Shown: positions 38,730-52,800 of the stretch, one piece after another
Layout: each line of letters opens with the position of its first letter
How positions within the stretch are numbered: the stretch's first letter is position 1
From: the human T2T-CHM13v2.0 reference genome, Homo sapiens
DNA length: 64,000 nucleotides
Assembly: GCF_009914755.1 (NCBI RefSeq)
Contig: NC_060930.1
Direction: 5' to 3' (one strand)
Translations under genes and position numbers: made by a program
Notes under the pieces: generated by a model
The model's input: only the letters and a program-made list of their open reading frames with translations
Databases searched by the model: none
Told to the model about the DNA's origin: nothing

Positions 38730-41280
38730 AACTTTGTGATGTGTGCGTTGAACTCACCGTCTTTAACCTTTCTTTTGGTAGAGAAGTTTTGAAACACTCT
38801 CTTTGTAAAGTCTACAAGTGGATATTTTGAGCCCTTGGAGGCATTCTTTGGAAAAGGGAATGTCTTCACATAAAAGGCAGACGGAAGTGTTCTCAGAAAC
38901 TGCTTTGTGATGTCTGTGTTCAACTCACAGAGTTTAACATTTCCTTTGATAGAGCGGTTTAGTAACCCTCTCTTTGTAGAATTTGGAAGTGTATACTAAG
39001 AGCGCTTTGAGGCCTATGGTAGAAAAGGAAATATCTTTCCATAAAAGCTAGACAGAAGCAATCTCAGAAACTCCTTTGCGATGTCTGCATTCAACTCACC
39101 GAGTGGAACATTCCTCTTGAGAGAGCAGTTTGGAAACACTCTTTCTGTAGAATCAGCTTGTTTGTATTTGGACCTCCTTGAGGCCTTCGTTGGAAACGGG
39201 TTTTCATCTTATAAACCCAGACAGAAGAATTCTCAGAGTCTTCTTTGTGATGTGTGCTTTCAACTCACCGAGATAAAGATTTCTCTTGATAGAGCAATTT
39301 GGAAACACTCTTTTTGTAGAATTTGCAAGGGTACATTGAGAGCGCTTTCAGGCCTATGGTAGAAAAGGGAATATCTTTCCATAAAAGGTAGACAGAAGCA
39401 ATCTCAGAAACTACTTTGTGATGTGTGCATTCAACTCACCGAGTGCAACGTTCCTCTTGACCGAGCAGTTTGGAAACATTGTTTCTGTAGAATCTGCAAG
39501 TGGATATTTGGACCTCTTTGAGGCCTTCGTTGGAAACGGGATTTCTTCCTATAAACCCAGACAGAAGAATTCTCAGAGACTTCTTTGTGATGTGTGAATT
39601 CAACTCACAGTGTGGATCCTTCCTTTTGATAGAGCAGTTTTGAAACCCTGTTTTTGTAGTATTTCCAAGCGGATATTTGGAACGCCTTGAAGCGTATGGT
39701 AGAAAAGGAAATATCTTCCCATAAAACCTAGACAGAACCAATCTCAGAAACGACTTTGTGATGTCTGCATTCAAGTCACAGAGTTGAACATTTCTCTTGA
39801 TAGAGCAGTTTTGAAACCCTCTTTCTGAAGGATCTGCAAGTGGATATTTGGAACTCCTTTGGGTCTTCGTTGGAAACGGGATTTCTTCGTATAAATCTAG
39901 ACAGAAGAATTCTCAGAAACTTCCTTGTGATGTGTGCATTCAACTCAGCGAGTGGCACCTTCCTTTGGATACAGCAGTTTTGAAACACTGTTTTTGTAGT
40001 ATTTCCAAGCGGATATTTAGAGCGCCTTGAAGCCTATGCTAGAAATGGAAATATCTCCCCATAAAACCAAGACGGAAGCAATCTCAGAAACTAATGTGTG
40101 ATGGCTGCATTCCACACACACGGTGGACCATTTCTCTTGATAGAGCAGTTTTGAAACACTCTTTCTGTAGAATCTGCAAGTGGATAATTGGACCTCCGAG
40201 AGGCCTTCGTTGGAAACGGGATTTCTTCATCTAAACCTACAGAGAAGTATTCTCAGTAACTTCTTCGGATGTGTGCATTCGACGCACAGAATGGAACATT
40301 CCCTTTGATAGAGCAGTTTTGAGACACCGTTTTTGTAGAATTCCCAAGTGGATATTTAGAGCACTTTGAAGTCTCTGCTAGAAAAGGAAACATCATCATG
40401 TAAAAAGTAGATAGAATCGTTCTCAGAAAGTGCTTAGTGTCGTGTGCGTTCAACTCACAGAGTTTAACGTTTCTTTTGATAGAGCGTTTCTGAAACACCC
40501 TTCTTGTAGTAGCTGCAAGTGGATATTTGGACCTATTGGAGGCCTTCTTTGGAAACGGGATTTCTTCATGTAACTCTAGATTGAAGAATTCTCAGAAACT
40601 CCTTTGTGATGTGTGCATTCAATTCAAAGAGTGAAACCTCTCTTTTCACAGAGCAGTTTTGAAACACTGTTTTTGTAGGATTTCCAAGGGGATATTTATA
40701 GCGCATTGAGCCTACGGCGGAAAAAGAAACATCTTCCTATAAAAACTAGACAGAATACTTCTCAGAATCTGCTTTGCGATGTGTGCGTTCAACTCACAGA
40801 GTAAAACTTTTCTTTTGATAGAGCAGTTTTGAAACACTCTTTTTGTAGTATTTGCATGTGTATATTTAGAGCGCATTGAAGCCCACAGTAGAAAAGGAAA
40901 TAACTTCACCTAAAACCTAGACAGAAGCAATCTCAGAAACTACTTTGTGATGTGTACATTCAACTCACAGAGTGGAACTTTCCTCTTTATAGAGCAGTGT
41001 TGAAACACTCTTTTTGTAGAAACTGCAAGTGGATATTTGGACCTCTTTGAGGCCTTCGTTGGAAACGGGATTTCTTCCTATAACCCTAGACAGAAGAATT
41101 TTCAGAAACCTCATTGTGATGTGTGCGTTCATCTCACAGAGTGGAGTCTTCCGTTTGATAGAGAAGTTTTGAAACCCTGTTCTTGTAGGATTTCCAAGTG
41201 GATATTTAGACCACTTTGAAGCCTATGATAGAAAAGGAAACATCTTCATGGAAAACATAGATAGAATCATCCTCAGAAAC
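38730..41280 (+). repeat. 15-mer HOR variant (U14)
   Basis: 2,551 bp spacing; same hybrid junction, breakpoint within 39894-39914. Confidence 0.95.
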
Positions 41281-44200
41281 AACTTTGTGATGTGTGCGTT
41301 GAACTCACCGTCTTTAACCTTTCTTTTGGTAGAGAAGTTTTGAAACACTCTCTTTGTAAAGTCTACAAGTGGATATTTTGAGCCCTTGGAGGCATTCTTT
41401 GGAAAAGGGAATGTCTTCACATAAAAGGCAGACGGAAGTGTTCTCAGAAACTGCTTTGTGATGTCTGTGTTCAACTCACAGAGTTTAACATTTCCTTTGA
41501 TAGAGCGGTTTAGTAACCCTCTCTTTGTAGAATTTGGAAGTGTATACTAAGAGCGCTTTGAGGCCTATGGTAGAAAAGGAAATATCTTTCCATAAAAGCT
41601 AGACAGAAGCAATCTCAGAAACTCCTCTGTGATGTCTGCATTCAACTCACCGAGTGGAACATTCCTCTTGATAGAGCAGTTTGGAAACACTCTTTCTGTA
41701 GAATCAGCTTGTTTGTATTTGGACCTCCTTGAGGCCTTCGTTGGAAACGGGTTTTCATCTTATAAACCCAGACAGAAGAATTCTCAGAGTCTTCTTTGTG
41801 ATGTGTGCTTTCACCTCACCGAGATAAAGATTTCTCTTGATAGAGCAATTTGGAAACACTCTTTTTGTAGAATTTGCAAGGGTACATTGAGAGCGCTTTC
41901 AGGCCTATGGTAGAAAAGGGAATATCTTTCCATAAAAGGTAGACAGAAGCAATCTCAGAAACTACTTTGTGATGTGTGCATTCAACTCACCGAGTGCAAC
42001 GTTCCTCTTGACCGAGCAGTTTGGAAACATTGTTTCTGTAGAATCTGCAAGTGGATATTTGGACCTCTTTGAGGCCTTCGTTGGAAACGGGATTTCTTCC
42101 TATAAACCCAGACAGAAGAATTCTCAGAGACTTCTTTGTGATGTGTGAATTCAACTCACAGTGTGGATCCTTCCTTTTGATAGAGCAGTTTTGAAACCCT
42201 GTTTTTGTAGTATTTCCAAGCGGATATTCGGAACGCCTTGAAGCGTATGGTAGAAAAGGAAATATCTTCCCATAAAACCTAGACAGAACCAATCTCAGAA
42301 ACGACTTTGTGATGTCTGCATTCAAGTCACAGAGTTGAACATTTCTCTTGATAGAGCAGTTTTGAAACCCTCTTTCTGAAGGATCTGCAAGTGGATATTT
42401 GGAACTCCTTTGGGTCTTCGTTGGAAACGGGATTTCTTCGTATAAATCTAGACAGAAGAATTCTCCGAAACTTCTTTGGTTGTGTGCATTCAAGTCACAG
42501 AGTGGAACCTTCCTTTGGATAGAGCAGTTTGAAACGCCGTGGTTGTAGTATTTCCAAGCGGATATTAGAGCGCCTTGAGGCCTATGGTAGAAAAGGAAAT
42601 ATCTTCCCATAAAACCTAGACGGAAGCAATCTCAGAAACTACTGTGTGATGGCTGCATTCCACACACACGGTGGAACATTTCTCTTGATAGAGCAGTTTT
42701 GAAACACTCTTTCTGTAGAATCTGCAAGTGGATAATTGGACCGCCTTGAGGCCTTCGTTGGAAACGGGATTTCTTCATGTTACTCTAGATAGAAGAATTC
42801 TCAAACACTGCTATGTGATGTTTGCATTCAAGTCACAGAGTGCAACATTCCTCTTGGTAGAGCAGTTGGGAAACACTCCTTTTGTAGAATCTGCAATGGG
42901 ATATTTGGACTTCTTTGAGGCCTTCGTTGGAAACGGGATTTCTTCGTATGAATCTAGACAGAAGAATTCTCAGAAACTTCCTTGTGATGTGTGCATTCAA
43001 CTCAGCGAGTGGCACCTTCCTTTGGATACAGCAGTTTTGAAACACTGTTTTTGTAGTATTTCCAAGCGGATATTTAGAGCGCCTTGAAGCCTATGCTAGA
43101 AATGGAAATATCTCCCCATAAAACCAAGACAGAAGCAATCTCAGAAACTAATGTGTGATGGCTGCATTCCACACACACGGTGGACCATTTCTCTTGATAG
43201 AGCAGTTTTGAAACACTCTTTCTGTAGAATCTGCAAGTGGATAATTGGACCTCCTAGAGGCCTTCGTTGGAAACGGGATTTCTTCATCTAAACCTACAGA
43301 GAAGAATTCTCAGTAACTTCTTCGGATGTGTGCATTCGACGCACAGGATGGAACATTCCCTTTGATAGAGCAGTTTTGAGACACCGTTTTTGTAGAATTC
43401 CCAAGTGGATATTTAGAGCACTTTGAAGTCTCTGCTAGAAAAGGAAACATCTTCATGTAAAAAGTAGATAGAATCGTTCTCAGAAAGTGCTTAGTGACGT
43501 GTGCGTTCAACTCACAGAGTTTAACGTTTCTTTTGATAGAGCGTTTCTGAAACACCCTTCTTGTAGTAGCTGCAAGTGGATATTTGGACCTATTGGAGGC
43601 CTTCTTTGGAAATGGGATTTCTTCATGTAACTCTAGATTGAAGAGTTCTCAGAAACTCCTTTGTGATGTGTGCATTCAATTCAAAGAGTGAAACCTCCCT
43701 TTTCACAGAGCAGTTTTGAAACACTGTTTTTGTAGGATTTCCAAGGGGATATTTATAGCGCATTGAGCCTACGGCGGAAAAAGAAACATCTTCCTATAAA
43801 AACTAGACAGAATACTTCTCAGAATCTGCTTTGCGATGTGTGCGTTCAACTCACAGAGTAAAACTTTTCTTTTGATAGAGCAGTTTTGAAACACTCTTTT
43901 TGTAGTATTTGCATGTGTATATTTAGAGCGCATTGAAGCCCACAGTAGAAAAGGAAATAACTTCACCTAAAACCTAGACAGAAGCAATCTCAGAAACTAC
44001 TTTGTGATGTGTACATTCAACTCACAGAGTGGAACTTTCCTCTTTATAGAGCAGTGTTGAAACACTCTTTTTGTAGAAACTGCAAGTGGATATTTGGACC
44101 TCTTTGAGGCCTTCGTTGGAAACGGGATTTCTTCCTATAACCCTAGACAGAAGAATTTTCAGAAACCTCATTGTGATGTGTGCGTTCATCTCACAGAGTG

Positions 44201-44337
44201 GAGTCTTCCGTTTGATAGAGAAGTTTTGAAACCCTGTTCTTGTAGGATTTCCAAGTGGATATTTAGACCACTTTGAAGCCTATGATAGAAAAGGAAACAT
44301 CTTCATGGAAAACATAGATAGAATCATCCTCAGAAAC
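41281..44337 (+). repeat. Full-length 18-mer HOR unit (U15) between two 15-mers, with several rare variants
   Basis: Sequence from 41281 is in register with position 1; 3,057 bp long; substitutions at 41627, 41630, 41672, 41814, 42229 and 43347. Confidence 0.95.
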
Positions 44338-46888
44338 AACTTTGTGATGTGTGCGTTGAACTCACCATCTTTAACCTTTCTTTTGGTAGAGAAGTTTTGA
44401 AACACTCTCTTTGTAAAGTCTACAAGTGGATATTTTGAGCCCTTGGAGGCATTCTTTGGAAAAGGGAATGTCTTCACATAAAAGGCAGACGGAAGTGTTC
44501 TCAGAAACTGCTTTGTGATGTCTGTGTTCAACTCACAGAGTTTAACATTTCCTTTGATAGAGCGGTTTAGTAACCCTCTCTTTGTAGAATTTGGAAGTGT
44601 ATACTAAGAGCGCTTTGAGGCCTATGGTAGAAAAGGAAATATCTTTCCATAAAAGCTAGACAGAAGCAATCTCAGAAACTCCTTTGCGATGTCTGCATTC
44701 AACTCACCGAGTGGAACATTCCTCTTGAGAGAGCAGTTTGGAAACACTCTTTCTGTAGAATCAGCTTGTTTGTATTTGGACCTCCTTGAGGCCTTCGTTG
44801 GAAACGGGTTTTCATCTTATAAACCCAGACAGAAGAATTCTCAGAGTCTTCTTTGTGATGTGTGCTTTCAACTCACCGAGATAAAGATTTCTCTTGATAG
44901 AGCAATTTGGAAACACTCTTTTTGTAGAATTTGCAAGGGTACATTGAGAGCGCTTTCAGGCCTATGGTAGAAAAGGGAATATCTTTCCATAAAAGGTAGA
45001 CAGAAGCAATCTCAGAAACTACTTTGTGATGTGTGCATTCAACTCACCGAGTGCAACGTTCCTCTTGACCGAGCAGTTTGGAAACATTGTTTCTGTAGAA
45101 TCTGCAAGTGGATATTTGGACCTCTTTGAGGCCTTCGTTGGAAACGGGATTTCTTCCTATAAACCCAGACAGAAGAATTCTCAGAGACTTCTTTGTGATG
45201 TGTGAATTCAACTCACAGTGTGGATCCTTCCTTTTGATAGAGCAGTTTTGAAACCCTGTTTTTGTAGTATTTCCAAGCGGATATTTGGAACGCCTTGAAG
45301 CGTATGGTAGAAAAGGAAATATCTTCCCATAAAACCTAGACAGAACCAATCTCAGAAACGACTTTGTGATGTCTGCATTCAAGTCACAGAGTTGAACATT
45401 TCTCTTGATAGAGCAGTTTTGAAACCCTCTTTCTGAAGGATCTGCAAGTGGATATTTGGAACTCCTTTGGGTCTTCGTTGGAAACGGGATTTCTTCGTAT
45501 AAATCTAGACAGAAGAATTCTCAGAAACTTCCTTGTGATGTGTGCATTCAACTCAGCGAGTGGCACCTTCCTTTGGATACAGCAGTTTTGAAACACTGTT
45601 TTTGTAGTATTTCCAAGCGGATATTTAGAGCGCCTTGAAGCCTATGCTAGAAATGGAAATATCTCCCCATAAAACCAAGACGGAAGCAATCTCAGAAACT
45701 AATGTGTGATGGCTGCATTCCACACACACGGTGGACCATTTCTCTTGATAGAGCAGTTTTGAAACACTCTTTCTGTAGAATCTGCAAGTGGATAATTGGA
45801 CCTCCGAGAGGCCTTCGTTGGAAACGGGATTTCTTCATCTAAACCTACAGAGAAGTATTCTCAGTAACTTCTTCGGATGTGTGCATTCGACGCACAGAAT
45901 GGAACATTCCCTTTGATAGAGCAGTTTTGAGACACCGTTTTTGTAGAATTCCCAAGTGGATATTTAGAGCACTTTGAAGTCTCTGCTAGAAAAGGAAACA
46001 TCATCATGTAAAAAGTAGATAGAATCGTTCTCAGAAAGTGCTTAGTGTCGTGTGCGTTCAACTCACAGAGTTTAACGTTTCTTTTGATAGAGCGTTTCTG
46101 AAACACCCTTCTTGTAGTAGCTGCAAGTGGATATTTGGACCTATTGGAGGCCTTCTTTGGAAACGGGATTTCTTCATGTAACTCTAGATTGAAGAATTCT
46201 CAGAAACTCCTTTGTGATCTGTGCATTCAATTCAAAGAGTGAAACCTCTCTTTTCACAGAGCAGTTTTGAAACACTGTTTTTGTAGGATTTCCAAGGGGA
46301 TATTTATAGCGCATTGAGCCTACGGCGGAAAAAGAAACATCTTCCTATAAAAACTAGACAGAATACTTCTCAGAATCTGCTTTGCGATGTGTGCGTTCAA
46401 CTCACAGAGTAAAACTTTTCTTTTGATAGAGCAGTTTTGAAACACTCTTTTTGTAGTATTTGCATGTGTATATTTAGAGCGCATTGAAGCCCACAGTAGA
46501 AAAGGAAATAACTTCACCTAAAACCTAGACAGAAGCAATCTCAGAAACTACTTTGTGATGTGTACATTCAACTCACAGAGTGGAACTTTCCTCTTTATAG
46601 AGCAGTGTTGAAACACTCTTTTTGTAGAAACTGCAAGTGGATATTTGGACCTCTTTGAGGCCTTCGTTGGAAACGGGATTTCTTCCTATAACCCTAGACA
46701 GAAGAATTTTCAGAAACCTCATTGTGATGTGTGCGTTCATCTCACAGAGTGGAGTCTTCCGTTTGATAGAGAAGTTTTGAAACCCTGTTCTTGTAGGATT
46801 TCCAAGTGGATATTTAGACCACTTTGAAGCCTATGATAGAAAAGGAAACATCTTCATGGAAAACATAGATAGAATCATCCTCAGAAAC
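44338..46888 (+). repeat. 15-mer HOR variant (U16)
   Basis: 2,551 bp spacing (44689 to 47240); same hybrid junction, breakpoint within 45502-45522. Confidence 0.95.
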
Positions 46889-49800
46889 AACTTTGTGATG
46901 TGTGCGTTGAACTCACCGTCTTTAACCTTTCTTTTGGTAGAGAAGTTTTGAAACACTCTCTTTGTAAAGTCTACAAGTGGATATTTTGAGCCCTTGGAGG
47001 CATTCTTTGGAAAAGGGAATGTCTTCACATAAAAGGCAGACGGAAGTGTTCTCAGAAACTGCTTTGTGATGTCTGTGTTCAACTCACAGAGTTTAACATT
47101 TCCTTTGATAGAGCGGTTTAGTAACCCTCTCTTTGTAGAATTTGGAAGTGTATACTAAGAGCGCTTTGAGGCCTATGGTAGAAAAGGAAATATCTTTCCA
47201 TAAAAGCTAGACAGAAGCAATCTCAGAAACTCCTTTGCGATGTCTGCATTCAACTCACCGAGTGGAACATTCCTCTTGAGAGAGCAGTTTGGAAACACTC
47301 TTTCTGTAGAATCAGCTTGTTTGTATTTGGACCTCCTTGAGGCCTTCGTTGGAAACGGGTTTTCATCTTATAAACCCAGACAGAAGAATTCTCAGAGTCT
47401 TCTTTGTGATGTGTGCTTTCAACTCACCGAGATAAAGATTTCTCTTGATAGAGCAATTTGGAAACACTCTTTTTGTAGAATTTGCAAGGGTACATTGAGA
47501 GCGCTTTCAGGCCTATGGTAGAAAAGGGAATATCTTTCCATAAAAGGTAGACAGAAGCAATCTCAGAAACTACTTTGTGATGTGTGCATTCAACTCACCG
47601 AGTGCAACGTTCCTCTTGACCGAGCAGTTTGGAAACATTGTTTCTGTAGAATCTGCAAGTGGATATTTGGACCTCTTTGAGGCCTTCGTTGGAAACGGGA
47701 TTTCTTCCTATAAACCCAGACAGAAGAATTCTCAGAGACTTCTTTGTGATGTGTGAATTCAACTCACAGTGTGGATCCTTCCTTTTGATAGAGCAGTTTT
47801 GAAACCCTGTTTTTGTAGTATTTCCAAGCGGATATTTGGAACGCCTTGAAGCGTATGGTAGAAAAGGAAATATCTTCCCATAAAACCTAGACAGAACCAA
47901 TCTCAGAAACGACTTTGTGATGTCTGCATTCAAGTCACAGAGTTGAACATTTCTCTTGATAGAGCAGTTTTGAAACCCTCTTTCTGAAGGATCTGCAAGT
48001 GGATATTTGGAACTCCTTTGGGTCTTCGTTGGAAACGGGATTTCTTCGTATAAATCTAGACAGAAGAATTCTCCGAAACTTCTTTGGTTGTGTGCATTCA
48101 AGTCACAGAGTGGAACCTTCCTTTGGATAGAGCAGTTTGAAACGCCGTGGTTGTAGTATTTCCAAGCGGATATTAGAGCGCCTTGAGGCCTATGGTAGAA
48201 AAGGAAATATCTTCCCATAAAACCTAGACGGAAGCAATCTCAGAAACTACTGTGTGATGGCTGCATTCCACACACACGGTGGAACATTTCTCTTGATAGA
48301 GCAGTTTTGAAACACTCTTTCTGTAGAATCTGCAAGTGGATAATTGGACCGCCTTGAGGCCTTCGTTGGAAACGGGATTTCTTCATGTTACTCTAGATAG
48401 AAGAATTCTCAAACACTGCTATGTGATGTTTGCATTCAAGTCACAGAGTGCAACATTCCTCTTGGTAGAGCAGTTGGGAAACACTCCTTTTGTAGAATCT
48501 GCAATGGGATATTTGGACTTCTTTGAGGCCTTCGTTGGAAACGGGATTTCTTCGTATGAATCTAGACAGAAGAATTCTCAGAAACTTCCTTGTGATGTGT
48601 GCATTCAACTCAGCGAGTGGCACCTTCCTTTGGATACAGCAGTTTTGAAACACTGTTTTTGTAGTATTTCCAAGCGGATATTTAGAGCGCCTTGAAGCCT
48701 ATGCTAGAAATGGAAATATCTCCCCATAAAACCAAGACAGAAGCAATCTCAGAAACTAATGTGTGATGGCTGCATTCCACACACACGGTGGACCATTTCT
48801 CTTGATAGAGCAGTTTTGAAACACTCTTTCTGTAGAATCTGCAAGTGGATAATTGGACCTCCTAGAGGCCTTCGTTGGAAACGGGATTTCTTCATCTAAA
48901 CCTACAGAGAAGAATTCTCAGTAACTTCTTCGGATGTGTGCATTCGACGCACAGAATGGAACATTCCCTTTGATAGAGCAGTTTTGAGACACCGTTTTTG
49001 TAGAATTCCCAAGTGGATATTTAGAGCACTTTGAAGTCTCTGCTAGAAAAGGAAACATCTTCATGTAAAAAGTAGATAGAATCGTTCTCAGAAAGTGCTT
49101 AGTGACGTGTGCGTTCAACTCACAGAGTTTAACGTTTCTTTTGATAGAGCGTTTCTGAAACACCCTTCTTGTAGTAGCTGCAAGTGGATATTTGGACCTA
49201 TTGGAGGCCTTCTTTGGAAATGGGATTTCTTCATGTAACTCTAGATTGAAGAGTTCTCAGAAACTCCTTTGTGATGTGTGCATTCAATTCAAAGAGTGAA
49301 ACCTCCCTTTTCACAGAGCAGTTTTGAAACACTGTTTTTGTAGGATTTCCAAGGGGATATTTATAGCGCATTGAGCCTACGGCGGAAAAAGAAACATCTT
49401 CCTATAAAAACTAGACAGAATACTTCTCAGAATCTGCTTTGCGATGTGTGCGTTCAACTCACAGAGTAAAACTTTTCTTTTGATAGAGCAGTTTTGAAAC
49501 ACTCTTTTTGTAGTATTTGCATGTGTATATTTAGAGCGCATTGAAGCCCACAGTAGAAAAGGAAATAACTTCACCTAAAACCTAGACAGAAGCAATCTCA
49601 GAAACTACTTTGTGATGTGTACATTCAACTCACAGAGTGGAACTTTCCTCTTTATAGAGCAGTGTTGAAACACTCTTTTTGTAGAAACTGCAAGTGGATA
49701 TTTGGACCTCTTTGAGGCCTTCGTTGGAAACGGGATTTCTTCCTATAACCCTAGACAGAAGAATTTTCAGAAACCTCATTGTGATGTGTGCGTTCATCTC

Positions 49801-52800
49801 ACAGAGTGGAGTCTTCCGTTTGATAGAGAAGTTTTGAAACCCTGTTCTTGTAGGATTTCCAAGTGGATATTTAGACCACTTTGAAGCCTATGATAGAAAA
49901 GGAAACATCTTCATGGAAAACATAGATAGAATCATCCTCAGAAACAACTTTGTGATGTGTGCGTTGAACTCACCGTCTTTAACCTTTCTTTTGGTAGAGA
50001 AGTTTTGAAACACTCTCTTTGTAAAGTCTACAAGTGGATATTTTGAGCCCTTGGAGGCATTCTTTGGAAAAGGGAATGTCTTCACATAAAAGGCAGACGG
50101 AAGTGTTCTCAGAAACTGCTTTGTGATGTCTGTGTTCAACTCACAGAGTTTAACATTTCCTTTGATAGAGCGGTTTAGTAACCCTCTCTTTGTAGAATTT
50201 GGAAGTGTATACTAAGAGCGCTTTGAGGCCTATGGTAGAAAAGGAAATATCTTTCCATAAAAGCTAGACAGAAGCAATCTCAGAAACTCCTTTGCGATGT
50301 CTGCATTCAACTCACCGAGTGGAACATTCCTCTTGAGAGAGCAGTTTGGAAACACTCTTTCTGTAGAATCAGCTTGTTTGTATTTGGACCTCCTTGAGGC
50401 CTTCGTTGGAAACGGGTTTTCATCTTATAAACCCAGACAGAAGAATTCTCAGAGTCTTCTTTGTGATGTGTGCTTTCAACTCACCGAGATAAAGATTTCT
50501 CTTGATAGAGCAATTTGGAAACACTCTTTTTGTAGAATTTGCAAGGGTACATTGAGAGCGCTTTCAGGCCTATGGTAGAAAAGGGAATATCTTTCCATAA
50601 AAGGTAGACAGAAGCAATCTCAGAAACTACTTTGTGATGTGTGCATTCAACTCACCGAGTGCAACGTTCCTCTTGACCGAGCAGTTTGGAAACATTGTTT
50701 CTGTAGAATCTGCAAGTGGATATTTGGACCTCTTTGAGGCCTTCGTTGGAAACGGGATTTCTTCCTATAAACCCAGACAGAAGAATTCTCAGAGACTTCT
50801 TTGTGATGTGTGAATTCAACTCACAGTGTGGATCCTTCCTTTTGATAGAGCAGTTTTGAAACCCTGTTTTTGTAGTATTTCCAAGCGGATATTTGGAACG
50901 CCTTGAAGCGTATGGTAGAAAAGGAAATATCTTCCCATAAAACCTAGACAGAACCAATCTCAGAAACGACTTTGTGATGTCTGCATTCAAGTCACAGAGT
51001 TGAACATTTCTCTTGATAGAGCAGTTTTGAAACCCTCTTTCTGAAGGATCTGCAAGTGGATATTTGGAACTCCTTTGGGTCTTCGTTGGAAACGGGATTT
51101 CTTCGTATAAATCTAGACAGAAGAATTCTCCGAAACTTCTTTGGTTGTGTGCATTCAAGTCACAGAGTGGAACCTTCCTTTGGATAGAGCAGTTTGAAAC
51201 GCCGTGGTTGTAGTATTTCCAAGCGGATATTAGAGCGCCTTGAGGCCTATGGTAGAAAAGGAAATATCTTCCCATAAAACCTAGACGGAAGCAATCTCAG
51301 AAACTACTGTGTGATGGCTGCATTCCACACACACGGTGGAACATTTCTCTTGATAGAGCAGTTTTGAAACACTCTTTCTGTAGAATCTGCAAGTGGATAA
51401 TTGGACCGCCTTGAGGCCTTCGTTGGAAACGGGATTTCTTCATGTTACTCTAGATAGAAGAATTCTCAAACACTGCTATGTGATGTTTGCATTCAAGTCA
51501 CAGAGTGCAACATTCCTCTTGGTAGAGCAGTTGGGAAACACTCCTTTTGTAGAATCTGCAATGGGATATTTGGACTTCTTTGAGGCCTTCGTTGGAAACG
51601 GGATTTCTTCGTATGAATCTAGACAGAAGAATTCTCAGAAACTTCCTTGTGATGTGTGCATTCAACTCAGCGAGTGGCACCTTCCTTTGGATACAGCAGT
51701 TTTGAAACACTGTTTTTGTAGTATTTCCAAGCGGATATTTAGAGCGCCTTGAAGCCTATGCTAGAAATGGAAATATCTCCCCATAAAACCAAGACAGAAG
51801 CAATCTCAGAAACTAATGTGTGATGGCTGCATTCCACACACACGGTGGACCATTTCTCTTGATAGAGCAGTTTTGAAACACTCTTTCTGTAGAATCTGCA
51901 AGTGGATAATTGGACCTCCTAGAGGCCTTCGTTGGAAACGGGATTTCTTCATCTAAACCTACAGAGAAGAATTCTCAGTAACTTCTTCGGATGTGTGCAT
52001 TCGACGCACAGAATGGAACATTCCCTTTGATAGAGCAGTTTTGAGACACCGTTTTTGTAGAATTCCCAAGTGGATATTTAGAGCACTTTGAAGTCTCTGC
52101 TAGAAAAGGAAACATCTTCATGTAAAAAGTAGATAGAATCGTTCTCAGAAAGTGCTTAGTGACGTGTGCGTTCAACTCACAGAGTTTAACGTTTCTTTTG
52201 ATAGAGCGTTTCTGAAACACCCTTCTTGTAGTAGCTGCAAGTGGATATTTGGACCTATTGGAGGCCTTCTTTGGAAATGGGATTTCTTCATGTAACTCTA
52301 GATTGAAGAGTTCTCAGAAACTCCTTTGTGATGTGTGCATTCAATTCAAAGAGTGAAACCTCCCTTTTCACAGAGCAGTTTTGAAACACTGTTTTTGTAG
52401 GATTTCCAAGGGGATATTTATAGCGCATTGAGCCTACGGCGGAAAAAGAAACATCTTCCTATAAAAACTAGACAGAATACTTCTCAGAATCTGCTTTGCG
52501 ATGTGTGCGTTCAACTCACAGAGTAAAACTTTTCTTTTGATAGAGCAGTTTTGAAACACTCTTTTTGTAGTATTTGCATGTGTATATTTAGAGCGCATTG
52601 AAGCCCACAGTAGAAAAGGAAATAACTTCACCTAAAACCTAGACAGAAGCAATCTCAGAAACTACTTTGTGATGTGTACATTCAACTCACAGAGTGGAAC
52701 TTTCCTCTTTATAGAGCAGTGTTGAAACACTCTTTTTGTAGAAACTGCAAGTGGATATTTGGACCTCTTTGAGGCCTTCGTTGGAAACGGGATTTCTTCC

